From Chthoniobacteraceae bacterium (lineage in GTDB: Bacteria; Verrucomicrobiota; Verrucomicrobiia; Chthoniobacterales; Chthoniobacteraceae), in the NCBI GenBank assembly GCA_031409335.1, contig JANNWY010000235.1, positions 1-21,872 of the forward strand: a stretch of DNA of 21,872 bases, given 5' to 3'. Position numbers and translations under genes: made by a program. Position 1 is the first letter of the stretch. The number at the start of each line of letters is the position of its first letter. Below are positions 1 through 9,089 of this stretch, piece by piece. The notes under the pieces were generated by a model. It was given only the letters and a program-made list of their open reading frames with translations, did no database searches and was not told the origin of the DNA.

Positions 1-199
1 GGCGGATTTTCGCCAGAACGTCCAGACCGCTCATGTCGGGCAGGCCAATGTCGATGATGACGAGGGCCCACTCCGCGGCAGCGATTTCTTCCAGGCCGCG
101 CGTGCCGCTGGAAACGGTGCGAGCTTCGTGACCGAGGCGGCGGCAGACGGTGGCGAGCGCGGAGGCGAGGGCGGACTCGTCTTCGATGATGAGAATCAT
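1..199 (-). CDS. Response regulator, N-terminal receiver domain (runs off the window edge); probably NtrC-type
   Basis: Not in the ORF track. Manual translation from ATG 199: MILIIEDESALASALATVCRRLGHEARTVSSGTRGLEEIAAAEWALVIIDIGLPDMSGLDVLAKIR, with acidic pocket ED and phosphoacceptor in DIGLPDMSG. Start overlaps the kinase stop (ATGA, 196-199). NtrC type is inferred from the neighbouring sigma-54 promoter. Confidence 0.9.
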   Translation of the reverse strand, partial: MILIIEDESALASALATVCRRLGHEARTVSSGTRGLEEIAAAEWALVIIDIGLPDMSGLDVLAKIR

Positions 200-1356
200 G
201 GGAGAATTTCTGATTTGTTTCCGGGCGGGAGAGTGATCGTGACGCGAGCACCGCCGGATTCACGGTTGGCGATTTGCAGATTTCCTTGATGCGCCTTCGC
301 GATTTCCGCTGCGACGTTCAGCCCGATGCCCATACCGCCTTCCTTTTCGGAGAAAAAAAGATCGGCCGCGTGCGCGAGGGCTTCGTGGGAAAAGCCGGGG
401 CCGGTGTCCTCGAAGATCAAGCGTGGAGGCTGTTCGGGCGGCGCGGTGATGCGGAGCGTGCCGCCGCGCGGCATGGCTTGGATGGCGTTGATGATGACGT
501 TGCCGATGGCTTGCGAAACTCGGCGCGCATCCACTTTGGCGGTGAGCGTGTCCGGGATTTCAGTCTCGATTTTCACGCCCGCGTGCTCCGCTTGCGCGGA
601 ATGCGTGCGCACGATTCCGGCGATGAGCGGCGCGAGTTCGGTGGACGCGGTTTGCGGCGGCGCGGGGCGCGCGAGGAACATCCACTGGTTGACGAGGCTC
701 TCGATGCGCTGCGTTTCGGAGCGGATGATGTCGAGCGATTCGCGTGCTTCCGGCGCGCTGGTTTCGAGGAGCTGCGCGTGCAGCCGGATGGCGGCGAGCG
801 GATTGTGAATCTCATGCGCGAGGCCGGTGGTCATGCGCCCGAGCAGCGCGGCGGGCCGCACGAGATTGCGCGTGAGCGCCCACGCGAGCGCGAACGACAG
901 CGCCCAAAACGCGGCGAGCACCCACAGCGTTTCGTTTCGCAAAAGGAGCGGGCGACCGGGCCACGCCGGCCGCGCGAGCACCAGCGCGGTCGTTTCATTG
1001 ACCGCCACTGCCACCGCCTCTTCGCCGCCGACGCGGATCGGGCGCGCATTCAGCGGAATTTTCGCGAAGCCCGCCAACCCGGCGTCTGGCGGGGGATTCA
1101 GGATTTCACCGCGCCGAAAGTACACCCGCATCCCGAGCACGGTGCCGAGGTTTCGCGCCGTGCGATCGCTGGTCGGCAGCCGCGCGGTGAGGATGAAATC
1201 CGCATTGCTGCGGGCCGTCGCCGAAAACACGGCTTCGCTCTCGCGCCGCGCCTGCGCATTCATCCACCACACGAGCGCGCTCGAACCGATCGCGACGAAG
1301 AGCGCGAAAGGCAGCGCGAGGCGGAGCCAGAGGCGGGGAAGTTGGGAGCGCGGCAT
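196..1356 (-). CDS. Membrane sensor histidine kinase (HisKA + HATPase_c)
   Basis: Two hydrophobic helices; H-box GLAHEIHNPL, N-box NVIINAIQAM, G1 EDTGPG, F/G2 FFSEKEGGMGIGL. Confidence 0.95.
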   Translation of the reverse strand: MPRSQLPRLWLRLALPFALFVAIGSSALVWWMNAQARRESEAVFSATARSNADFILTARLPTSDRTARNLGTVLGMRVYFRRGEILNPPPDAGLAGFAKIPLNARPIRVGGEEAVAVAVNETTALVLARPAWPGRPLLLRNETLWVLAAFWALSFALAWALTRNLVRPAALLGRMTTGLAHEIHNPLAAIRLHAQLLETSAPEARESLDIIRSETQRIESLVNQWMFLARPAPPQTASTELAPLIAGIVRTHSAQAEHAGVKIETEIPDTLTAKVDARRVSQAIGNVIINAIQAMPRGGTLRITAPPEQPPRLIFEDTGPGFSHEALAHAADLFFSEKEGGMGIGLNVAAEIAKAHQGNLQIANRESGGARVTITLPPGNKSEILP

Positions 1357-1482
1357 GTGGGAGTTGCACGGATAAAACTTGAGCGTCCTTAGATTTGACG
1401 AGGGTAAATTCTATCCACCGCTCGCGGCGCGGTCTCGACCCAACGCAGTATTCTCCAGAGTAAAACGAAGTGAAACCCACGA

Positions 1483-1499
1483 TGGCACTGGCTTTGCTA
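1483..1499 (+). promoter_or_regulatory. Sigma-54 (RpoN) -24/-12 promoter for the TonB-dependent receptor
   Basis: TGGCACTGGCTTTGCTA: GG (1484-1485)-N10-GC (1496-1497), matching TGGCAC-N5-TTGCW, about 25 nt upstream of ATG 1524. Confidence 0.85.
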
Positions 1500-1523
1500 A
1501 ACGGCGCGGCCAACCCAGCCTCC

Positions 1524-3719
1524 ATGAAAAACCCCACCCCGACGTTCATCCTCCTCGCTTCCATCGCCACCGCCGCCTTCGCGCAAACGGACGCGACCAC
1601 ATCGCGCGAAAGCAGTCCACTCGATGCGGTCGTCGTGACGGCCACGCGGCTCGATCAGGACATCCTTTCCACGCCGTACACGGCGCACGTCATCGACCGC
1701 GAGCGGTTCCTCGATCAGCGCGCGGCGCGCACGCTTCCCGATGCGCTTTTGGAAACCCCCGGGGTGATGGTGCAGCGCTCGGGCTACGGCCAGGCGTCGC
1801 CGTTCATCCGCGGCTTCACGGGCTTTCGCACGCTCACGCTGATCGACGGCATCCGGCTGAATAATGCGGTCTATCGCGAAGGACCGAATCAGTATTCCGC
1901 GACGCTCGATCTTTTCACGGTCGATCATCTCGAGGTGGTGAAAGGGCCAAGCTCGGTGCTTTACGGGAGCGATGCGATTGGCGGGACGATCAATGCGCTG
2001 ACGCTTTCGCCGGAGATGATCCCGTGGCCGGAAATCCACGAGGGAAAAAGCGCGAAGGGTCTCGTGGAAAAAGGCGGGCCGATTCAGGCGGCGGACGATT
2101 TTATCGCGCACGTCGGAGCGCGGTATCGCTACGCGACGGCGGAGGATTCGCACACGGTGCGCGGCGAATTCGCGCTCGGGATCACGCCGCATTTCGGGAT
2201 CATCGGCGGGGTGACGTGGAAGGATTTTGACGACTTGCGCGGCGGCGACGTGATCGGCCTTCAAGAGCAATCTGGCTACACCGACATCGACGGCGATATC
2301 AAACTGCTCTTTCGTCCAAACAAGGATGTCGATATCACCGCAGCCTTCCAGCGCGTGGAGCAAAACAACGTGCCGCGCTGGCACTCGACGGTTTTCAGCA
2401 AAAGCTTCGACGGCACCACGCTCGGCACGGATCTGCGGCGTGAACTCGATCAACTCCGCGAGCTGGCGTATTTGCAGACGGAAATCCGCGACGCCGCGCC
2501 GTGGCTCGACAAGGTGAAACTGAGCCTGAGTTTTCATCGCCAGGGCGAAGAGCAGGATCGCATCCGCGACAATGGCCGGCGCGAGATCGTCGGCTTTCAG
2601 GACGATCAATACGGCGTGCTGCTCGGGATGCAGAGCACGACGCGCGTCGGCACGCTGACTTACGGCGTCGAGTATTACCACGACGAGGTGCAATCGTGGG
2701 GCAGGCGATTCCGCGCGGATGGTTCTTTCGATCGCGTGCTGTCGCGCGGGCCGGTGGCGGACGATTCCAGCTACGATCTGCTCGGGCTGTATGTGCAGGA
2801 TCAATTCAAGATCACCGAGAAATTCGAGATCACCGCGGGGCTGCGCTACTCGTGGGCGCAGGTCGATGCGAAGAAGATCGATCCCGATCCGTCCGACGCG
2901 GTGGACTATCCCGACATCAATGAAAGCTTCGACGCCTTCACCGCGAGCCTGCGTTTCCGCTACGATCTGATGCCGTCGTGGAATCTGTTCGGCGGCGTGT
3001 CGCAAGGCTTTCGCGCGCCGAATTTGTCGGACGTCACCACGTTCGACCTCGCCCGCAGCGGTGAGCGCGAAGTGCCCGCGACGGGTCTCGATCCCGAAAA
3101 ATACGTCTCGTTCGAGATCGGCTCGAAGGCGCGCATCGACCAACTCAAGCTGTCGCTTTACGCCGCGTATTATTACACGCTGATCGACAACCAAATCATC
3201 GGCTTCCGCACCGGCCGCGTGCTCAATGGCAACGAGCCCGAAGTCTCCCGCACCAACGCCGGCGACGGTTTCATTCACGGCGTCGAGTTCGGCGCGGAGT
3301 GGCAGTTTTACAAGACGTTCACGCTGTTCGGAAATTTCAACTGGCAGGAGGGCGAGGTGGATACTTTCGTGAATGGCAGCATCACCGCGAAACCCGCATC
3401 GCGGATCGCGCCGCTCAGCGGGCTCGTCGGCCTGCGCTGGGCATCCGCGGATGGGCGCTTCTGGCTGGAGGGAACCGCGCAACTCGCGCGGCATCAGGAC
3501 CGGCTCTCCGTCGGCGACACCGCCGACACCCAGCGCATCCCGCCCGGCGGCACGCGCGGCTACTCGGTGTACTCGCTGCGCGGTGGCTGGAATATCTGCG
3601 CAAACGCGAAGCTGACCGCCGCTCTCGAAAACGTATCCGACGAAGACTACCGCATCCACGGCTCCGGCATCGCCGAGCCGGGCACGAACTTCGTCATCTC
3701 GACGCACATCCGGTTTTAG
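1524..3719 (+). CDS. TonB-dependent outer-membrane receptor
   Basis: Signal peptide from ATG 1524 (MKNPTPTFILLASIATAAFA), TonB box LDAVVVTATR, plug motifs PFIRGF/LIDGIRLN/EVVKGPSSVLYGSDAIGGTIN, barrel FRAPNL, ENVSDEDY, C-terminal Phe. The ORF-track start at 1470 lies upstream of the sigma-54 promoter, so 1524 is preferred. Confidence 0.95.
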   Translation: MKNPTPTFILLASIATAAFAQTDATTSRESSPLDAVVVTATRLDQDILSTPYTAHVIDRERFLDQRAARTLPDALLETPGVMVQRSGYGQASPFIRGFTGFRTLTLIDGIRLNNAVYREGPNQYSATLDLFTVDHLEVVKGPSSVLYGSDAIGGTINALTLSPEMIPWPEIHEGKSAKGLVEKGGPIQAADDFIAHVGARYRYATAEDSHTVRGEFALGITPHFGIIGGVTWKDFDDLRGGDVIGLQEQSGYTDIDGDIKLLFRPNKDVDITAAFQRVEQNNVPRWHSTVFSKSFDGTTLGTDLRRELDQLRELAYLQTEIRDAAPWLDKVKLSLSFHRQGEEQDRIRDNGRREIVGFQDDQYGVLLGMQSTTRVGTLTYGVEYYHDEVQSWGRRFRADGSFDRVLSRGPVADDSSYDLLGLYVQDQFKITEKFEITAGLRYSWAQVDAKKIDPDPSDAVDYPDINESFDAFTASLRFRYDLMPSWNLFGGVSQGFRAPNLSDVTTFDLARSGEREVPATGLDPEKYVSFEIGSKARIDQLKLSLYAAYYYTLIDNQIIGFRTGRVLNGNEPEVSRTNAGDGFIHGVEFGAEWQFYKTFTLFGNFNWQEGEVDTFVNGSITAKPASRIAPLSGLVGLRWASADGRFWLEGTAQLARHQDRLSVGDTADTQRIPPGGTRGYSVYSLRGGWNICANAKLTAALENVSDEDYRIHGSGIAEPGTNFVISTHIRF

Positions 3720-3783
3720 AAGACACAGCGCTCGCATCGTCGATTCTCGCCAACTCCCCGCAAATCCATTTGGGTGAACGCCC

Positions 3784-4419
3784 ATGCGCGTTCTCCGCAT
3801 CTTCCTAGTCCTCGCCGCGCTCGTCCTCATTCCGTTCCTGATTTGGGGCGGAAAACTGATGGCGCTATTCGATGGCGAGGCCGCGCGGAAGTTCGTGCTG
3901 GATTGCGGGCCGTGGGGTTGGGCGGCGGTCATCGGGCTGCTGATCGGCGATCTTTTTCTGCCGCTCCCCGCGACGGGAATCATGTCCGCCGCGGGCTACG
4001 TGTACGGGGCGTGGATCGGCGGCGTCATTTCGGTGACGGGCTCATTTCTCTCGGGAATGCTCGCGTTCACGCTGTGCCGCACGCTCGGGCATCGCGCTGC
4101 GCTCTGGGTCGCGGGAGAAAAGGGGCTGGCGGAAAATGAAGCGCTTTTCCGGCGGAGCGGCCCGTGGCTGATCGCACTTTCGCGCTGGCTGCCGATCCTG
4201 CCGGAAGTCATCGCCTGCCTCGCCGGGCTCACGCACATCCGCAAGCGCGTGTTCATCGTCGCGCTGCTTTGCGGCACGGTGCCGATGGGATTCTGCTACG
4301 CCGCAGTCGGCGCGATGTTCACGCGGGAACCGGCCTGGGCGCTGGGTTTGAGCATCGCGCTGCCCGTGGTGCTGTGGCTCGTGGTGCGGCCGCTGTTGCG
4401 GAGACGCGGCGAGGAGTAA
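3784..4419 (+). CDS. TVP38/TMEM64 (VTT domain, DedA superfamily) membrane protein
   Basis: Highly hydrophobic; motifs DLFLPLPAT, AAGYVYGAWIG, LSRWLPILPEVIACLAGLT. Confidence 0.88.
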   Translation: MRVLRIFLVLAALVLIPFLIWGGKLMALFDGEAARKFVLDCGPWGWAAVIGLLIGDLFLPLPATGIMSAAGYVYGAWIGGVISVTGSFLSGMLAFTLCRTLGHRAALWVAGEKGLAENEALFRRSGPWLIALSRWLPILPEVIACLAGLTHIRKRVFIVALLCGTVPMGFCYAAVGAMFTREPAWALGLSIALPVVLWLVVRPLLRRRGEE

Positions 4420-4420
4420 C

Positions 4421-4521
4421 GCCGAAGGCCCTGGGACTGCTGCGATTCCTTCACAGCTCTTCCCAACGGCGCGGTTTCCCAAAAGCTGTGAAGGAATCAC
4501 AGCAGCCCCAGAGCCTTCGGC
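4421..4521. repeat. REP-doublet (REPIN-like) inverted repeat, family 1; may also terminate transcription
   Basis: 38-bp arms 4421-4458 and 4484-4521 with 3 mismatches; each arm has an internal hairpin (GCTG(C/T)GA-TTCCT-TCACAGC). Lies between the VTT stop and a convergent gene tail. Confidence 0.85.
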
Positions 4522-4544
4522 GGCACTGGTCCACGTTCCGTGCG

Positions 4545-4613
4545 TCAATTCCCGATCACGCGCAGGCGGATGAAGCGATGCCTGCCGCTGGTGCTCGCTT
4601 CCGTGTCACGCCG
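4545..4613 (-). pseudogene. Orphan 3' end (22 codons + stop) of a CotH/LTD gene allele; diverged direct repeat of 15218-15286
   Basis: Encodes RRDTEASTSGRHRFIRLRVIGN* versus RRDTEASPGGMHRFIRLRVIGN* at the end of the 1857-aa gene; 60/69 nt identical by manual alignment. Confidence 0.9.
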
Positions 4614-4806
4614 GTCTGCGCGATTCGGTCCGCGCCGGTATCCCACGCGAAAGTGAGTGGCTTTTACGGCGGCGAGGCTCACGGCCGGGCCCGGTTCCGC
4701 CTTCTCCTGAAGGCGCTCCTTTGCCACCTCGGCATTCGGGGTGCGGGGAGTTTTGCCTCGCCTCCGCCGCACGCTTGGCTCAACTTTCCAGCCAATTCTC
4801 CCGGAA

Positions 4807-5556
4807 ATGCCGCTGCCCGATCCGTCATCCTGCGCTCCACAACAGGTGCGCGACTTCGCCACCACCCGTTGGAGCATCGTGCTCCTGGCTGGAGACGAGC
4901 GTTCATCCCGGTCGGGGCAAGCGTTGGAGACCCTCTGCCGGTCGTATTGGTATCCCCTTTACTCCTTTGTGCGGCGGCAGGGACACGATACTCACACGGC
5001 ACAAGATTTGACCCAGGAATTCTTCTCAAGGCTGCTGGCTGGACATGGACTCGAGACCGTGAACCCCAGCAAGGGCAAGTTTCGCTCATTCTTGTTAGCC
5101 TCGTTGAAGCATTTCCTGGCGAATGAATGGAACCGCTTGCAGACGCAAAGGCGTGGGGGTGGCCAGCTCCATTTCTCCCTTGATGCCGCCTCCGCGGAGG
5201 AACGCTATCGACTGGAGACAGCAGACGAGCTGACGCCGGAGAAGGTATTTGAGCGTCGCTGGGCGGAGACCGTGATCGACTCGGTGACTCGGCGGCTGGA
5301 GGAGGAATACATGGCAGCGGGCATGGTGAAGCGCTTCGAGGAGTTAAAAGGATTCCTGCTCGGCAGCTACGAGCCCACCTCCTACTCGGACGCCGCCGGG
5401 CGCTTGAATATCTCGGATGGCGCGGTGCGCACAGCCATCTATCGAATGCGCCAGCGTTATGGGGAATTGTTCCGCGCCGAGATCGCCGACACCGTGAATG
5501 GCCTGCGGGAAATGCAGGAAGAGGTTCGACATTTTTTGAAGGCGCTGGCGGGATGA
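4807..5556 (+). CDS. ECF-type RNA polymerase sigma factor of the kinase-associated PVC type
   Basis: N-terminal FATTRWSIVL, region 2 ALETLCRSYWYPLYSFVRR...AQDLTQEFF...KGKFRSFLL, PEKVFERRWA, region 4 SYSDAAGRLNISDGAVRTAIYRMRQRY. ATG 4807 preferred over GTG 4741. Confidence 0.92.
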   Translation: MPLPDPSSCAPQQVRDFATTRWSIVLLAGDERSSRSGQALETLCRSYWYPLYSFVRRQGHDTHTAQDLTQEFFSRLLAGHGLETVNPSKGKFRSFLLASLKHFLANEWNRLQTQRRGGGQLHFSLDAASAEERYRLETADELTPEKVFERRWAETVIDSVTRRLEEEYMAAGMVKRFEELKGFLLGSYEPTSYSDAAGRLNISDGAVRTAIYRMRQRYGELFRAEIADTVNGLREMQEEVRHFLKALAG

Positions 5557-5572
5557 ATTTAAGAGGCAGTCC

Positions 5573-8500
5573 GTGAGACCCGATGCGTTAGACTCCCAGT
5601 GCCCAAACTGCGGAGCGGTGGTGGCGTGGAGCGCCGTGGCGGGGCTTTGCCGCAAATGCCTCCTGCGCGGATTGATGGGTGAGGACCGTCCGACGGCGGC
5701 TGGGTTAGACATCTCTTCGAGTCCCATCGCTTCGTTCGGCGACTACGAGCTGCTCACCGAGATCGCCCGCGGTGGGATGGGCGTAGTCTATAAGGCCCGA
5801 CTGACCAACCTGAACCGCATCGTCGCGCTCAAGATGATTCAGGCGGGCCGGCTGGCGACCGATGCCGAAGTCAAACGTTTCCGCATGGAAGCCGAGGCTG
5901 CCGCACACTTGGAACACCCGAACATTGTCACGATTTACGGCGTCGGCGAGCACGAGGGCCTGCTTTACTTCACCATGCGGTTCATCGACGGCCCGAACCT
6001 GGCCCAGGAAATCGCGCGCCACCCCTCGCGCTTCGCGCCTTCGGAAATCGCGAGCCTTCTCATCAAAGTCTCCCGGGCCGTTCACTATGCCCATCAGCGC
6101 GGCATCCTGCATCGCGACCTCAAGCCGGCGAACATCCTCATTGATGCGCAAGGCGAACCGCACATTACGGACTATGGGTTGGCGAAGCAGCTTGAAAGCG
6201 CGAGCGATCTGACCCTGAGCGGCGCGGTGATCGGCACGCCGAACTATATGGCACCGGAGCAAGCCGCGGGGAAAAATAAGCAAGTTACCACGGCGTCGGA
6301 TGTCTATAGCCTCGGAGCTATCTTCTACGAACTGCTCGTCGGCTGCCCGCCGTTCCATGCTGAAACTCCGCTGGAAACGATGCGTCAAGTAGTCGAGCAG
6401 GAGCCTCGCCTTCCCCCTGCTGCGCGCATCGACCGCGACTTGGAAACGATCTGCTTAAAATGTTTGCAGAAAAGTCCGGCGCAACGCTACGCCTCCGCCG
6501 AGGCGCTTGCGGAAGATTTGGAGCGCTGGCTCCGACGCGAACCGATCCGCGCGCGGCCCAGCAATATCTGGGAACATGGCGTCAAGTGGGCCAAACGCTA
6601 TCCCGCCCGCGCCGGGGTCATCCTCCTGGCAGTGCTCGCACCAGCCATCGTCATCGTGGTGCTGATCGTCAGCGGCGCCAAGGTGCGCGGCGAGCGCAAC
6701 GTGGCCACCGCCGCGATGACCCGCGCGGAGGCGGGCGAACGCGCCGCCCGAGAGCGCGCTTATGCGGCGGACATCTATGCGACATTCCAGGCGCTGGCGG
6801 TGGATAACCTGGCGCTGGCCCGGCGGCTTCTGAATGAACACCGGCCTCAAAGAATCACCGATAGCTCTCAACTCTCTCCTGACTTGCGCGGCTTCGAGTG
6901 GCGGCTGCTTTGGGAACGCTCACGCGGCCAGGAAGATTACAGCTTTACCAACCTCACGCGACCTGCCGATTGCCTGTTGTTCGCTCCCGATGGCCGAACG
7001 CTGATTTCCGGAGGCGACGATGGCATTTACCTCTGGGACATCGTCGAGCGGCGGCCACTGGGCCTTTTCCCCGGCCCCGATCCGGGGGTGCCGCCGGACG
7101 ACCCCGCTCTGACCATTGAGAAACTGCGCCCGTTGTTAGACGTCTCGCCCGCGGTGGTGGAGTATCTCAAAGTCAAACCGGGAATCTTGGACTACCTCGA
7201 TGCGTTTGGCCATACCCACCGCACGCGCGGCGTCACGAGCCTTGCGTTGACGCCAGATGGCAACCATCTCCTCGTCGGCAGTGTGGACTTCGTTCGCAGT
7301 TGGAACTTTGCGACGCGCGCGTTCGATTTCGCCATTCCCGAGTCACATGCCACAGTGGCCGTGCCGGCCGCGGGCGACCTGTTCGTCATGGGAAACAATC
7401 AACTCGTGCCTCCCGGTGACGAACGCGAGTCGGCGCACCCGCAGAGTGCGCTCGTGTATAGCTTCACTCAGCGCGGCTTGGTGGCCACACTTCCTGGCTA
7501 TGGCTGGCAAGTGGCCGTATCACCCGATAGCCAGCTCGTGGCCGCCGCCAGCCGGACCAAAGGTTTGGTGCTTTGGCACCCCGCCACGGGGGAAACCGAA
7601 ACGATCAGCAAAGGCCCGTGGTATAATGCGCATCTGGCGTTCTCACCGGACGGAAAAACATTGTTCACGGCTTCGGATTCTGCGGGGCCCAAGCTCACGC
7701 TCTGGGACGTGGCTTCCAAGAGAATCAGAGCGTATCTTCAAGGCGATCACGTTCAGATTGAGACTGTGGCGTGGTCGCCAGTTGGTGGCTACTTTGCCGG
7801 TGGAGGGAGGAATCAGACCATTCAGCTCTGGTGGATACCGCCAGCTGAAACGAACGACGTGTCCTCCGCAGATACGCCCTTTCTTTCCCCACAGATCGTC
7901 CTGCACGGCCACGAAGCCACCGTGACGGCGCTGGCATTTTCTCCCGATGGCCAGTGGCTGGCTTCCGGCGCCAAAGACGATTCGATTCGTCTTTGGGCTG
8001 TCCGCGATGCCATCGCCGCCACCGACAACGATAGTCCAATCTTACAGGGCACAGTCCACGAAATTGGGCTGGATTCCGTCACCGGTTGCCTCTTCGGTCG
8101 GGCAGGGCGGACACTCGCATTGTGGAGTCCCAACCCCGGCCCACCATCACTGCATCCGCTGGCCGGCACCGAGAATCACCTCGCGGCGGGGTTCCTGGCT
8201 CACGGTGCGGGCCTCCTGACGGTGGAGTTGGCGACAAACGGCGCGCCAACCGCGTTTGAAATTCGCCGCCTGCCGGACGGTGCCGTGCAAACCCGGCGCG
8301 AAATGCTCCCGCCGCCGGGCGAGATTCAATCGAAAGCAATGTCAGGCGCAGGCCGTTCCCACCTGGCAGTGGCCCCGAATGGCCAATGGTTCGCGATCCC
8401 GCTATCCTTCCATACTCAACCGTATATCCATGTGTACAGCGTCGCCACGGGAGGGTTCATCACGCGGCTGAAGACACCCCTCGGGCATTTCTTTCATGAC

Positions 8501-9019
8501 GTGCGCGTGTCGCCGGACGGTCGCTGGCTGATCGTCACTGAGCATACCAGGGGTGAAAATACAATCGCGGTTTTCGATACGAGCAATTGGCAGCTTTTCC
8601 GCGCCATGCATTTTCGCAGCGCCGGTGACGATGTGATGGGTGCCGCCATCGATCCCACCAGCCGCCTGATCGCCACGGGCGGGCCTGGCGAGAATTCCAT
8701 CCGCATCTGGGAACTGCAAACGGGCCGCCTGCTGGGACAATGCAATGGCTCCTCCGCTCACACTCCAGTCTGGTCGCCGGACGGTCGCACTCTCGTGACT
8801 CATGATCGTGGCTCGCTCAAATTCTGGAGCACGACCGTCTTCCGCGAACTCGCCGCCCTGCCCACCGACCATGTTCCGCTCGGATTCATCGCCGAGGGCC
8901 GCGCGCTCGTGACGATCAATGCGCCCGGCGAGGTGAAAACCTGGTCGCCCCCCACGCTGGCCGAAATCGACGCCACGCTGGCCGATCCAGCCGCCGCGCC
9001 GCCGAGGCAGGAGCGGTAA
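5573..9019 (+). CDS. Hanks-type Ser/Thr protein kinase with N-terminal CxxC...CxxC motif, one TM helix and C-terminal WD40 repeats
   Basis: CPNC...CRKC; IARGGMGVVY, VALKMI, HRDLKPANIL, DYG, GTPNYMAPEQ, SDVYSLG; TM AGVILLAVLAPAIVIVVLIV; WD40 such as GHEATVTALAFSPDGQWLASGAKDDSIRLW. Confidence 0.95.
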   Translation: MRPDALDSQCPNCGAVVAWSAVAGLCRKCLLRGLMGEDRPTAAGLDISSSPIASFGDYELLTEIARGGMGVVYKARLTNLNRIVALKMIQAGRLATDAEVKRFRMEAEAAAHLEHPNIVTIYGVGEHEGLLYFTMRFIDGPNLAQEIARHPSRFAPSEIASLLIKVSRAVHYAHQRGILHRDLKPANILIDAQGEPHITDYGLAKQLESASDLTLSGAVIGTPNYMAPEQAAGKNKQVTTASDVYSLGAIFYELLVGCPPFHAETPLETMRQVVEQEPRLPPAARIDRDLETICLKCLQKSPAQRYASAEALAEDLERWLRREPIRARPSNIWEHGVKWAKRYPARAGVILLAVLAPAIVIVVLIVSGAKVRGERNVATAAMTRAEAGERAARERAYAADIYATFQALAVDNLALARRLLNEHRPQRITDSSQLSPDLRGFEWRLLWERSRGQEDYSFTNLTRPADCLLFAPDGRTLISGGDDGIYLWDIVERRPLGLFPGPDPGVPPDDPALTIEKLRPLLDVSPAVVEYLKVKPGILDYLDAFGHTHRTRGVTSLALTPDGNHLLVGSVDFVRSWNFATRAFDFAIPESHATVAVPAAGDLFVMGNNQLVPPGDERESAHPQSALVYSFTQRGLVATLPGYGWQVAVSPDSQLVAAASRTKGLVLWHPATGETETISKGPWYNAHLAFSPDGKTLFTASDSAGPKLTLWDVASKRIRAYLQGDHVQIETVAWSPVGGYFAGGGRNQTIQLWWIPPAETNDVSSADTPFLSPQIVLHGHEATVTALAFSPDGQWLASGAKDDSIRLWAVRDAIAATDNDSPILQGTVHEIGLDSVTGCLFGRAGRTLALWSPNPGPPSLHPLAGTENHLAAGFLAHGAGLLTVELATNGAPTAFEIRRLPDGAVQTRREMLPPPGEIQSKAMSGAGRSHLAVAPNGQWFAIPLSFHTQPYIHVYSVATGGFITRLKTPLGHFFHDVRVSPDGRWLIVTEHTRGENTIAVFDTSNWQLFRAMHFRSAGDDVMGAAIDPTSRLIATGGPGENSIRIWELQTGRLLGQCNGSSAHTPVWSPDGRTLVTHDRGSLKFWSTTVFRELAALPTDHVPLGFIAEGRALVTINAPGEVKTWSPPTLAEIDATLADPAAAPPRQER

Positions 9020-9089
9020 ACCGTGTATCTCCCGCCGTGAGATTCTTCCTCCCCTCCTTGAAAAGACGCTCCCATTGCGGCTGGCGCGC

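Noticed and set aside
1470..1523. Longer N-terminus for the TonB receptor
   Set aside because: It would overlap the sigma-54 promoter; ATG 1524 gives a normal signal peptide.
4545..4877. 110-aa minus-strand ORF as a real gene
   Set aside because: Only the last 22 codons are homologous to anything recognisable; the rest is non-coding-like and overlaps the ECF gene start.
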